From: a virus
Strand: one strand, 5' to 3'
IMG/VR virus record: IMGVR_UViG_3300020182_000028
Span: 3,492 to 67,491 of that record
Length of the DNA stretch: 64,000 nucleotides
The position numbers were made by a program, and so were the translations under genes. The first letter of the stretch is position 1. Every line of letters starts with the position of its first letter. The notes under the pieces were generated by a model that saw only the letters and a program-made list of their open reading frames with translations, ran no database searches and was not told the origin of the DNA. This document shows positions 47,982-56,666 of the stretch, one piece after another.

Positions 47982-49544
47982 TTATCCAAATAAAGCATCA
48001 ACACTTTCTGGATGTTTATATTCTTTTTTCTTTCCTTTAACTGCATTAATATATTCTTCTGTCTTAACCCCCGCCTCTTCAAATTTCATAAAGTCTGGAG
48101 TAGTAGAAATATTTTGAACACGTGACCCTTCACACTTACGAAGAAAGGCTTTATAATTAGTAAGCATATCCATTGGATCTTTTGTATTAGGATCAAACAA
48201 TACTTCAACAAACTTTGCAAAATATAAAACTCTATCTGGGACTACGTCTGATAGTACATTTGTTTTCCCTAAATTTATTGTATTAATGTCAATCTTGTCT
48301 CTTAACATCTCATACTCATGATCGAACCTACGGATTGCATCTTGCATCCCGCGTATATGATATTCAGTATTATGTGCTTGAATAAGAATATATGAAAGGC
48401 TATCCCAACTTGATTTTGCTTCTTTTTTATTACGATTTAGCATTCCAGGTTGCATGTAGTTAATATCACGCATGTTTAATCTTGAGCCAATTTCACCTTC
48501 ATATAACCAGGGCTGGGTATCATTGGTAATATCTTGTCTCCAGTTTAACTTCTTAGTTTTGTAACTCCAAGCGTTGCCATTCAAGTCGGGGTAGTCATAA
48601 GCCAATCCCTTTGACGCTGTAATGTAAGGAGACGCAGCATCAAATGAGATTGTAATGTTTGGATTAACATGTTTTCTTAGTTGTCGTTGGATTGCAGTCA
48701 ACATTGCACCCCATGGGAGAACGCTAATACCTAGCGTGTGAATCCAAACATCGTCTTGGTCTGCCTGACCAAGAAGACCATCATCACGTAAACGAATAAG
48801 TCTACGCAATAACAATTCAGCATCACCTGCATGATCACCAGCCATCGCATAACCTTCAAATGCTCTATCGCCATATACTGACTTGTCATTGAAGTGCTTG
48901 ACCTTCTCATACCACTTTTCACTAGTGTCCCAATTAGAACCGTGTAGAGTGTTTAAGAACTTAGTCTTACCAGGTGTTCGGTGTTTAATAAAGTATTCAT
49001 GATTAAAGATTGTCTTATCTACGCATTCTTCCCAGTTTTTAATACCGTTCTTATCACGGTACTGTGGCAAACATGCCCAACCTGGAATATCAAGTGTCAT
49101 AGAGTAATCACAATATTCTTCAAGCCATGCCATAATACCATGCCGTGCATCATGCCAACTCCCATCAGCATCATAGAATTTATTCCAATCAAGTTTCCAC
49201 GCACCAGTACCAATCTGATACCCGCCTGAATCCCCAACTAGAACAGTGTTTTCACGGTCACGGTTCACAACCATGCCATCTTCGATTTTAGTTTTCTCTA
49301 AATCTAGTTCAGCATGACCAGCAGAATAAAGACCATGTGAATAATACACATAGCCTTTATCTTTGTCTAAGATGTTTAGACCATCTAGCCCATATTCAAA
49401 CCCCTCAGGGATACGCTCAGGAGGAAACATGTCTGTCGTACCTGCATAATGCTGTGATACTTTGCGAACATAGAAGTTAGAGATAGCGGGTAGAAATACT
49501 GCATATCCGCTATTGATATTGTTTTTACCTAAGTCTTTTACCAT
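47982..49544 (-). CDS. dpdA: Guanine transglycosylase (TGT fold), DpdA-like
   Basis: GDSGGYQI catalytic motif, MTLDIP, LNTLHG, GYAMAG, WIHTLGIS, ISFDAASP; adjacent to folE/queE; start moved to MVKDLG from ORF-track 49607. Confidence 0.75.
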   Translation of the reverse strand: MVKDLGKNNINSGYAVFLPAISNFYVRKVSQHYAGTTDMFPPERIPEGFEYGLDGLNILDKDKGYVYYSHGLYSAGHAELDLEKTKIEDGMVVNRDRENTVLVGDSGGYQIGTGAWKLDWNKFYDADGSWHDARHGIMAWLEEYCDYSMTLDIPGWACLPQYRDKNGIKNWEECVDKTIFNHEYFIKHRTPGKTKFLNTLHGSNWDTSEKWYEKVKHFNDKSVYGDRAFEGYAMAGDHAGDAELLLRRLIRLRDDGLLGQADQDDVWIHTLGISVLPWGAMLTAIQRQLRKHVNPNITISFDAASPYITASKGLAYDYPDLNGNAWSYKTKKLNWRQDITNDTQPWLYEGEIGSRLNMRDINYMQPGMLNRNKKEAKSSWDSLSYILIQAHNTEYHIRGMQDAIRRFDHEYEMLRDKIDINTINLGKTNVLSDVVPDRVLYFAKFVEVLFDPNTKDPMDMLTNYKAFLRKCEGSRVQNISTTPDFMKFEEAGVKTEEYINAVKGKKKEYKHPESVDALFG

Positions 49545-49548
49545 TATG

Positions 49549-50304
49549 TTAGTTTCCAGATTTTGCTGGCAAAATGTATTCATAAAGACCCATACCTGAA
49601 TCAACATGAATTGCCATTGCCCCTTGATCAGAAATTTTTATACTCATAGATGAAGTATCACCTAGTCTCAAAATTGTTAAAACTGTTGAGAGTGGGAAAC
49701 TCCAACCGGTACTAAGGGTTCCTTCTACATTTGAGGCAAATGTCAAACTTAATTTATCAGTTGATGCATCACCGATATAAAACATTAAATCATTGCCATC
49801 AGTTTTTACTGTAAATAATGGATCATATGCGCTAAGAATACCAGCAAATGTTTGTAAATCTTTTACTGCTTTGGCTGAAGGAATTACTTCGACATCCCAT
49901 TTTGCACCTTTAAAGTTTGCTGTTTTAATCTGAGCATCAACATAGCTGCTTGCAATAACACGATAAGTTGAGTCAAATACACCTTTCATTGAGAACCCTA
50001 GTTCTGTTGGGACAACTTCACCATTTTGTTCTGAGGTTCTCACTGTGATATCAGCGCCGCGCATTTTACCATCATCATCAATATTTTCATATGATAGATA
50101 TCCATTAAGAACGCCCAATCGTCCCATACCAAACTTACCATCAAATTCGTCTACACGTTTATGCATTTTGGCACGAAGAACAACAGTTCTATCATCATCC
50201 ATTGCATCTAGCATTGTACTTGTATCATCTGTTGTTACTTTTACTGCTTGAATAATACCAAGTGAGTGTGTGTGTTTTACAATATCTTTTAAAATGTCAC
50301 GCAT
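49549..50304 (-). CDS. DNA polymerase sliding clamp (gp45/PCNA-like)
   Basis: 251 aa two-domain size, near the polymerase; ends ...ISDQGAM.I.VDSG.G.YEYILPA. Confidence 0.7.
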   Translation of the reverse strand: MRDILKDIVKHTHSLGIIQAVKVTTDDTSTMLDAMDDDRTVVLRAKMHKRVDEFDGKFGMGRLGVLNGYLSYENIDDDGKMRGADITVRTSEQNGEVVPTELGFSMKGVFDSTYRVIASSYVDAQIKTANFKGAKWDVEVIPSAKAVKDLQTFAGILSAYDPLFTVKTDGNDLMFYIGDASTDKLSLTFASNVEGTLSTGWSFPLSTVLTILRLGDTSSMSIKISDQGAMAIHVDSGMGLYEYILPAKSGN

Positions 50305-50331
50305 TGCGTTCTCCTATGTTTTATACGTTAT

Positions 50332-50360
50332 ATATTATCATAATTAAGTAAAGTTGTCAA
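50332..50360 (-). promoter_or_regulatory. Sigma70-type promoter for the clamp-dpdA operon
   Basis: TTGACA-17 nt-TAATAT; AGGAG SD downstream. Confidence 0.7.
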
Positions 50361-50391
50361 TATAAATCGACAACTTTGTATTTTTATAATC

Positions 50392-52860
50392 TTAGAAAGT
50401 CCAAAGTGCACCCGCAGTAATAGAATTACTGGTGTCATAGTTTGATATATTCCGATTAAACCCTACCATCAAATTTAATTTGTCATTGATGGATTTATTA
50501 ACATCTAGACCAATTCTGGTAGTGTCATATTCGTCAAAGTCCTTGCGAATACTTGCAGTAAATACATCATAATTAACATTCAAACCAACTGTTGGATAAT
50601 TATATGTATCTTTCTCAGTTGCATAATCTAGAACCGCCAATACACTACCAGTTTCAGTGTAGCCTTGTGTTTTTCGTTGTCCAATTGTGTAACCAACGAA
50701 TGGACGAAAATTGCCGGTTTCTTTTTCTAACATAAGACTAATATAATTATCGGTTGATGTAGTTTCACCAGCGGCTGAATAATCACCAACAACTCTAGAA
50801 TATGAAATATCAGATGTGGTATGATTAAATGATGCTGTTAATTTTGTATCATTGTCATTTAATGTTTTACCAATATCAAATCTTACTGCGTCTGAACTAA
50901 TACTGCCATTACTATCGCTGCCGTTCATAGTTGTATTGACTTCATTATATTCTATGCCTGTAACAATATTATCGGTACTTGAGATATCTTCAATTCCAAT
51001 ACTATAAACGGTTGATTTTGCGCTATAGCCATTATTCATTTTGTGTTCTGTTTTAGTAACTGTGATACCTTGCCCAATATCCATATTTCTATGAATATCT
51101 ATTCCTATCAATTGTTCTACTTGGTCGACCCTGCCAACAACAGATTCAATATCACTGGATGTTGTGACAACATCATTTCTTACTAATGTTGTACTAGTTT
51201 CGTCACCATCGGTTACCATAACTGATCCATTATCATATGTTTCAGTAGTACGAACAAATGTGGTTGTTACAATATCCATTGGTGTTGTTACGGTTGTGAT
51301 ATCTTGCTTGGAAATAGTTTGCAAGTTATTGTCAACTGTAGAATCATATAGTGTTATATTATTTACTACTACTGGCAAAGTTGTACTTTGTGTTTCTGTT
51401 GTTGATGAAATAGTTTCATCAGAAGTACTTGTTACAACTGGCGCAGCCATACGTAATACACGAAAAGTTCTAATAACAGGAGAAACTTGTATCACTTCCT
51501 CTTCCACCACCGCCTCTTCTGCTGCAACCCGCGCCGCCTCTTCTGCGGCTGCCTCTTCTGCTGCTACACGTGCTGCCTCTTCTGCGGCTGCCTCTTCTGC
51601 TGCTACACGTGCTGCCTCTTCTGCGGCTGCTACACGTGCTGCCTCTTCTTCCGCTGCAACCCGCGCTGCCTCTTCTTCCGCTGCAACCCGCGCTGCCTCT
51701 TCTGCTGCTACACGTGCTGCCTCTTCTGCTGCTCCACGTGCTGCCTCTTCTGCGGCTGCTACCCGCGCTGCCTCTTCTTCCGCTGCAACCCGCGCTGCCT
51801 CTTCTGCTGCTACACGTGCTGCCTCTTCCTCCGCTGCTACACGTGCTGCCTCTTCTTCCGCTGCTACACGTGCTGCCTCTTCCGCAGCCTCACGCTCTGG
51901 TGCAGCAATTGCTGCCTCTGTTGCGGAACCAATATCTTCTACTGTCCAATCATTATCTGCGCCGCCACCGGAACCTTCTGAATCTTCAATAGCATCAAAG
52001 ATAGATTCACCTAAAATATATGCGTAATTGGCGGTAAGAGTATCCCCTTCCTTGACATCAGTCCACAACCAACTGAGACCAATTGTATTATCGCCATTTC
52101 CATAGTTCAAGGAATTACCATCATCATCAGTATAAATTGTACCGTCATATGCATCTGCTTGAGTCGACCAATTTTGAATACCTGCTGTTGTGTTAGTATC
52201 AGTAGTAGATACACCAATAGCGTAACCTGAAACGGTTGCTTCCCCGATTGCAATATTAGTATCTGGTATCCCTGAATAGCCAATAACATTATTAGTTAAA
52301 TTACTATCTCCTGGATCTCCTTGTGAGTCAGGATCAGTGTGCTTACTATAATAGACTGTATCTGCATCAGCACCTGCTGTGATAGTTGTAGTTACATCAA
52401 CGAATGTATTTCCGGAATCTAATTTAAACGTATTTTCTAATAACCAAGTGGATGAGTTGTTTACTAGACTTCCGTTCCATGTAAGCGTATTAAGTTCATT
52501 TACTAAATCACTGCTTGCAGTGATATCGATCCTAGAAGATGAATTATTATTTCTATAATTTGTACCATCAATTTTGATAGATTGCCCATCAAATGCAATG
52601 CCCGGAGTCAAAAAATCATATGATGTATTAAATGAACCGCCACCATCTGGATCGAACAGTATACCTGGTGAATTACTTTTACCACTACCAAATGAGCCTG
52701 TTTGTCGATTGATGCCAACCTTCACTGACTCATTCTGTAATATTCCATCATTATCCAGTTGCATAAAGCTTGTATCTGCAATCGCAGTTGTGCCTAACAA
52801 AAGTGATAATGTTGCACTGGGTAATGTTATTTTAAGTTGATTACTTACCGATATTGACAT
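50392..52860 (-). CDS. Autotransporter-like outer-membrane protein
   Basis: Signal peptide (LSLLLGTTAIA/D), D/N/T/G-rich beta passenger, EAARVAA coiled-coil repeats, Thr-rich stalk, amphipathic strands and terminal AGALWTF (C-terminal Phe). Confidence 0.75.
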   Translation of the reverse strand: MSISVSNQLKITLPSATLSLLLGTTAIADTSFMQLDNDGILQNESVKVGINRQTGSFGSGKSNSPGILFDPDGGGSFNTSYDFLTPGIAFDGQSIKIDGTNYRNNNSSSRIDITASSDLVNELNTLTWNGSLVNNSSTWLLENTFKLDSGNTFVDVTTTITAGADADTVYYSKHTDPDSQGDPGDSNLTNNVIGYSGIPDTNIAIGEATVSGYAIGVSTTDTNTTAGIQNWSTQADAYDGTIYTDDDGNSLNYGNGDNTIGLSWLWTDVKEGDTLTANYAYILGESIFDAIEDSEGSGGGADNDWTVEDIGSATEAAIAAPEREAAEEAARVAAEEEAARVAAEEEAARVAAEEAARVAAEEEAARVAAAEEAARGAAEEAARVAAEEAARVAAEEEAARVAAEEEAARVAAAEEAARVAAEEAAAEEAARVAAEEAAAEEAARVAAEEAVVEEEVIQVSPVIRTFRVLRMAAPVVTSTSDETISSTTETQSTTLPVVVNNITLYDSTVDNNLQTISKQDITTVTTPMDIVTTTFVRTTETYDNGSVMVTDGDETSTTLVRNDVVTTSSDIESVVGRVDQVEQLIGIDIHRNMDIGQGITVTKTEHKMNNGYSAKSTVYSIGIEDISSTDNIVTGIEYNEVNTTMNGSDSNGSISSDAVRFDIGKTLNDNDTKLTASFNHTTSDISYSRVVGDYSAAGETTSTDNYISLMLEKETGNFRPFVGYTIGQRKTQGYTETGSVLAVLDYATEKDTYNYPTVGLNVNYDVFTASIRKDFDEYDTTRIGLDVNKSINDKLNLMVGFNRNISNYDTSNSITAGALWTF
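51510..51890 (-). repeat. Imperfect GC-rich tandem repeats (24-30 bp units) encoding EAARVAA(E/A)E
   Basis: More than a dozen near-identical units within the autotransporter; ends approximate. Confidence 0.9.
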
Positions 52861-52903
52861 TTATATTTTTCCCATATTAGTTACGAATATAGTTTATGAT
52901 TCG

Positions 52904-52932
52904 TTTATAGCATGTTGATTTTATAATGTCAA
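52904..52932 (-). promoter_or_regulatory. Sigma70-type promoter for the autotransporter; CGAATCA directly after the -10
   Basis: TTGACA-17 nt-TATAAA-CGAATCAT. Confidence 0.75.
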
Positions 52933-52937
52933 GTGTT

Positions 52938-53513
52938 TTATTCAAACAAAATATCGAATTGAGATACTTGCTTTTCTTTAGTTTTTCTTGGGTTTGCTGT
53001 AGATGGATTGTCAACCCAGTAGATAGTGTTGGGCGGTAAGAAACCATGAATAAACCAAGCGTTTCCAAATGGTGGTGAGCCGCCACCAGTAAAGTCAACA
53101 CGATTATTGTAAACTAGCGCAGACATACCATATTCCATAAACATTTTGCCTCTTCCCGCTCCTTGAAAACTTGCAACGGGCAAGAATAATGCAAATGGTT
53201 TGCCCAAATCATAACAATGCCTGATAAACTTATCTTTTAGTGAATAGGGAGGATTTGTAATTACTCCGTCATGTACATCACTTGGGACACATTCAAAGAA
53301 ATTTTTACCTTTGCTTGGCTCAATATTGTAACCAAATTTGGTAAACCCTTCTATAATAAGACCTGACTTGCCACTTGTTGCTTCGTAGTAAGTCGCATCT
53401 TTATCTAAGTACTTCAATAGAGGTTCTATGCTATCAGGCGGAGTATAACATTCGTCTGATGCTGCATTTCTTCCCAAGTTTTGTACTAGTTTTGTATACG
53501 TATTTTTAGCCAT
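52938..53513 (-). CDS. Orphan N6-adenine DNA methyltransferase (phage type)
   Basis: SDECYTP, YEATSG (motif I-like), VITNPPYS (motif IV), ALFLP; start moved to MAKNTY from ORF-track 53561. Confidence 0.8.
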   Translation of the reverse strand: MAKNTYTKLVQNLGRNAASDECYTPPDSIEPLLKYLDKDATYYEATSGKSGLIIEGFTKFGYNIEPSKGKNFFECVPSDVHDGVITNPPYSLKDKFIRHCYDLGKPFALFLPVASFQGAGRGKMFMEYGMSALVYNNRVDFTGGGSPPFGNAWFIHGFLPPNTIYWVDNPSTANPRKTKEKQVSQFDILFE

Positions 53514-53514
53514 T

Positions 53515-56313
53515 TCAAAACTCAAATAAATTTTCAAATTGTTCACTGGTGTTTGCAGCACTAAGATCCCACTTTAGAACACCAATTAGATTATCAATCT
53601 TTTTATCAATGATTGCTACTTCCATAGAATCATGGTCGAATGGAAGATCCTGAAACCATTGTGGAATACGAGGTTCATCAATTGGATATGCAATACTTGT
53701 CATTTTCATTGGATTATCACGCAGTTTGCATACAATAGTTTTCATACCATCAGTTATTTCAATCGAGTACCTATCACTATTCATTTCACGTAAAGTATTC
53801 CAATTTAATGCAGCACTAACGTGTCCTGGCAAACGTGGCTTTTCCAGTTTGTCTTCTGAACTTCGTAATCTAAAATCTGCATTTTTTGCATGTTTATATT
53901 TTGATACATCATTTTTAAACTTAGTTAAATTATTGACACGTTTAGGGGTGCCCTTTTCCCAGCCAGGCTTTTCACGAAACTCTTTTTTGAATTCTTTAAC
54001 CATTTCAATAATATCTTTTTGCTCACCGCCTGTGAGAACTTTAACAAGGCATTCACTAAGAAAGTTTTGCATATAATCAGGAGTATCACTTCGCTTTAGA
54101 TCAAGACCCATTGCTTTTACTTTGCCAGGCTTGCCATCTACATCACGGCGGACACCATCATCGTCATAGATAAGCATAGCATAACGTTTCTTTTTAATAA
54201 AGATAGCCATTGTTGCTAAGTTCTCCCGACCCGCGGCAATGATTTCACCTTGACTACGTGGACAATTAAAAAACTCTTTCATAAAATCTGGAAAACTATC
54301 ATTAACTTGATTAGCGATTTCATCATACATCGTAAGAGCAATTTCTTTATCCCATTTGATATCTCCATTATCAATTTCTTTTTGATATGATGGATACATT
54401 GAATAGTAGATAGAGTCAGTATCGCCATAAATTACAGACTTGCCTTTATAATCATATGTGCCATCGATTACTTCATTTGTTTTCGCACCCATATGTCTTG
54501 TGATGCAACGACCTGATAGAGTAGTAGATTGCCCGATACGCTTATCATAAAATCGACAACCTTGATTTAGAATCGCACCGTATAGACTGTTCAAGTTAAT
54601 TTTCTTAACGAGTTGTCGTTTATCCCAGAACGCAATTTCTTCATCTGTGCCACCGTTTTCTCTAACTTCACGCATATTCTTTTGAAGAACTTTACGTTCA
54701 GCATACCAACGTTCTAATAGACTGGGAATAATACCCTGTATATCTTGTTTAAATATAGTGCCATTCGCACTTATAGCCCATGGAAGACCTGAATTATATA
54801 CTAAGTCGAATGCTTCCGCACCTGATACTTTGTGTACTTCCCCATTTTCCATATCTAAGTTCATAATATTTGCTTTATCTTTTTCATTAAAAAAGCGAAA
54901 CTCTTCAGTTGAAAATGTATCTTCCCATGCTTGCGCAGCACCAAAGCCTTTGTTCTTTCCACCCCGTCCAGCCCTGATACGATTTTGTATCATTTCTTCT
55001 GTATAATCTTGTCTGAGTTGTGCAGTAATAGTTTCAGGCGACATATTCAATGCACGAATAATACTAGGATATAGTGAATTAATATCAATACCTGCTACCC
55101 ATCGTTGTATACCAGTTTGTGGATTCGCAACAAAGGCACCGGCTGCCTTTTGTGCTTCTGCAGCCGCTTCTTCTTCTAGTGTTGGTTCGTAATTTTCATC
55201 TTCAACATCCCAACTACGTTTCTTCCTGTCAGGAACAACCATGCCTCGTCTGTGCGCTTCATTAATAATTGCTTGTTCAGTAACAGCAACAGCGCCCATT
55301 GTGGTCTGAATATTAACAGTATTATCATGTGCAATTTCATTTGCCAGATCGATAAATCGAAGTTTTTTGTCCAGGTTATCAAGTAATGCAACATCCTGTC
55401 TATTATATTCTATAAACTTATAAAAATCTTGATTATATAGTTGGTCTAGTGTGCCTTCATACGCAATTTTACGTTCATTAAGTTCATACTCACCAATAGC
55501 ATCAAGTGAGTATGAATGCATTTCATGATATGTATACTTACGATACAATTCTAGATAATCAAGATGAATGCGTCCACTCAATACATAACTATTTTGTTCC
55601 TTACCATACTTAATAATAGTCTTTGATTTTGGAAGAAGATCCCATAAACATAATTTACGAGTATGTGATTTACTTAAAACCTTAACAATTCGATTCACTG
55701 TATATGGAATATCAAAGCCTTCGCTATTCCATCCACTAAGAACATCTGCATCTTCTATCAATGTTAAGAAGTCGTTTAACATGTCTGCTTCGCTTAGATA
55801 CAGAAATGTATCTGAAAATTTATCACATAGACGCTGTGCTTCTATTAGACCGTCGCCATCCCTCATATGCTCTGGTGGCATAACAAACGTCACAAGTTGG
55901 TCTGTCCATTGTAAATGTACAGTAATTGCAGTGATTGGCATGAACGGATCTTCAGGAGGCGCAAAGCCTTTAGTAGCATCAAAATCAACTTCAATATCGA
56001 AAAATGCTACATTCAATTTTGGTGAATCTAAGTTTAAATAATTTTCAGCAAGACATCTAACCTCTGGCTTAATATCACTTTCATATATTTTTTTATTACT
56101 GCAAAGACGTAATTCCTTATGCATATCTTTGAGTCTCTTGACCTTCACCTGACGAACTTTCTCACCGTGAATGCTAGTGTGTGACCCCCTATCGTCACGC
56201 ACATAGAATGTACGCCACGCAGGAAAATCTTGGTAGATACGCTTGCCGTCTTTGCGTTCAACAACATTTACAATATCTTTGTCTTTGTTGTAGTATGCAT
56301 CTACATAACTCAT
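53515..56313 (-). CDS. Family B DNA polymerase (T4 gp43-like)
   Basis: FFDIEV (Exo I), GWNSEGFDIPY (Exo II), YNRQD (Exo III), DINSLYPS, KINLNSLYG, YGDTDS, KKRYA. Confidence 0.97.
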   Translation of the reverse strand: MSYVDAYYNKDKDIVNVVERKDGKRIYQDFPAWRTFYVRDDRGSHTSIHGEKVRQVKVKRLKDMHKELRLCSNKKIYESDIKPEVRCLAENYLNLDSPKLNVAFFDIEVDFDATKGFAPPEDPFMPITAITVHLQWTDQLVTFVMPPEHMRDGDGLIEAQRLCDKFSDTFLYLSEADMLNDFLTLIEDADVLSGWNSEGFDIPYTVNRIVKVLSKSHTRKLCLWDLLPKSKTIIKYGKEQNSYVLSGRIHLDYLELYRKYTYHEMHSYSLDAIGEYELNERKIAYEGTLDQLYNQDFYKFIEYNRQDVALLDNLDKKLRFIDLANEIAHDNTVNIQTTMGAVAVTEQAIINEAHRRGMVVPDRKKRSWDVEDENYEPTLEEEAAAEAQKAAGAFVANPQTGIQRWVAGIDINSLYPSIIRALNMSPETITAQLRQDYTEEMIQNRIRAGRGGKNKGFGAAQAWEDTFSTEEFRFFNEKDKANIMNLDMENGEVHKVSGAEAFDLVYNSGLPWAISANGTIFKQDIQGIIPSLLERWYAERKVLQKNMREVRENGGTDEEIAFWDKRQLVKKINLNSLYGAILNQGCRFYDKRIGQSTTLSGRCITRHMGAKTNEVIDGTYDYKGKSVIYGDTDSIYYSMYPSYQKEIDNGDIKWDKEIALTMYDEIANQVNDSFPDFMKEFFNCPRSQGEIIAAGRENLATMAIFIKKKRYAMLIYDDDGVRRDVDGKPGKVKAMGLDLKRSDTPDYMQNFLSECLVKVLTGGEQKDIIEMVKEFKKEFREKPGWEKGTPKRVNNLTKFKNDVSKYKHAKNADFRLRSSEDKLEKPRLPGHVSAALNWNTLREMNSDRYSIEITDGMKTIVCKLRDNPMKMTSIAYPIDEPRIPQWFQDLPFDHDSMEVAIIDKKIDNLIGVLKWDLSAANTSEQFENLFEF

Positions 56314-56574
56314 TTATAGTGTACGTCCCACAGTTTCAAGTACTGTTTCTACATCTTCAAAGTCTTGCTTTGCGCCCTGTAGATTTGCTTTGTGTGCTAA
56401 TGAGATGGCTTTATTTAGTACTGACGGTTTGATATCAAGTTCTTCCGCAATTGCCTTAACTGTATCACGTAACCCACCTTTAAGGTCATCTACTTCTTGT
56501 AGAACAGAACATCCTTCGTCTACTAATTGCTTTAGTTTTGCTTTTTCTTCGCTTGTTACTGAATCTAGTGACAT
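56314..56574 (-). CDS. T4 DsbA-like / GapR-like small dsDNA-binding protein
   Basis: 86 aa; KLKQLV...LK..LRDTVK.IAEELDIKPSVLNKAISLAHK...VETV helical pattern. Confidence 0.6.
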   Translation of the reverse strand: MSLDSVTSEEKAKLKQLVDEGCSVLQEVDDLKGGLRDTVKAIAEELDIKPSVLNKAISLAHKANLQGAKQDFEDVETVLETVGRTL

Positions 56575-56600
56575 ATAATAATCTCCTAATTAGATATAAA

Positions 56601-56628
56601 AAATGGAGCTCTATCAAGAACTCCATTT
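56601..56628 (-). terminator. Intrinsic terminator
   Basis: Minus strand AAATGGAGTTCT-TGAT-AGAGCTCCATTT followed by T-run. Confidence 0.75.
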
Positions 56629-56657
56629 AATATAGCATAGTATTGTTAGACTGTCAA
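56629..56657 (-). promoter_or_regulatory. Sigma70-type promoter for dsbA-polymerase
   Basis: TTGACA-17 nt-TATATT. Confidence 0.75.
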
Positions 56658-56666
56658 TAGATTATT

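Noticed and set aside
51510-51890. Repeat array as a possible CRISPR array
   Set aside because: Units abut with no unique spacers and are in frame within a CDS; the same applies to 27854..28017 and 56881..56970; no cas genes in the window
51164-52027. Plus-strand ORFs 51164..52027, 51487..51981 (Cys-rich) and 51570..51992 (Leu/Pro-rich)
   Set aside because: Antisense shadows of the GC-rich EAARVAA repeat in the autotransporter gene; no SD or promoter
53515-56313. Intein or group I intron in the DNA polymerase (or thyA)
   Set aside because: All conserved motifs are collinear at normal spacing, lengths are typical, and no intein boundary motifs are visible
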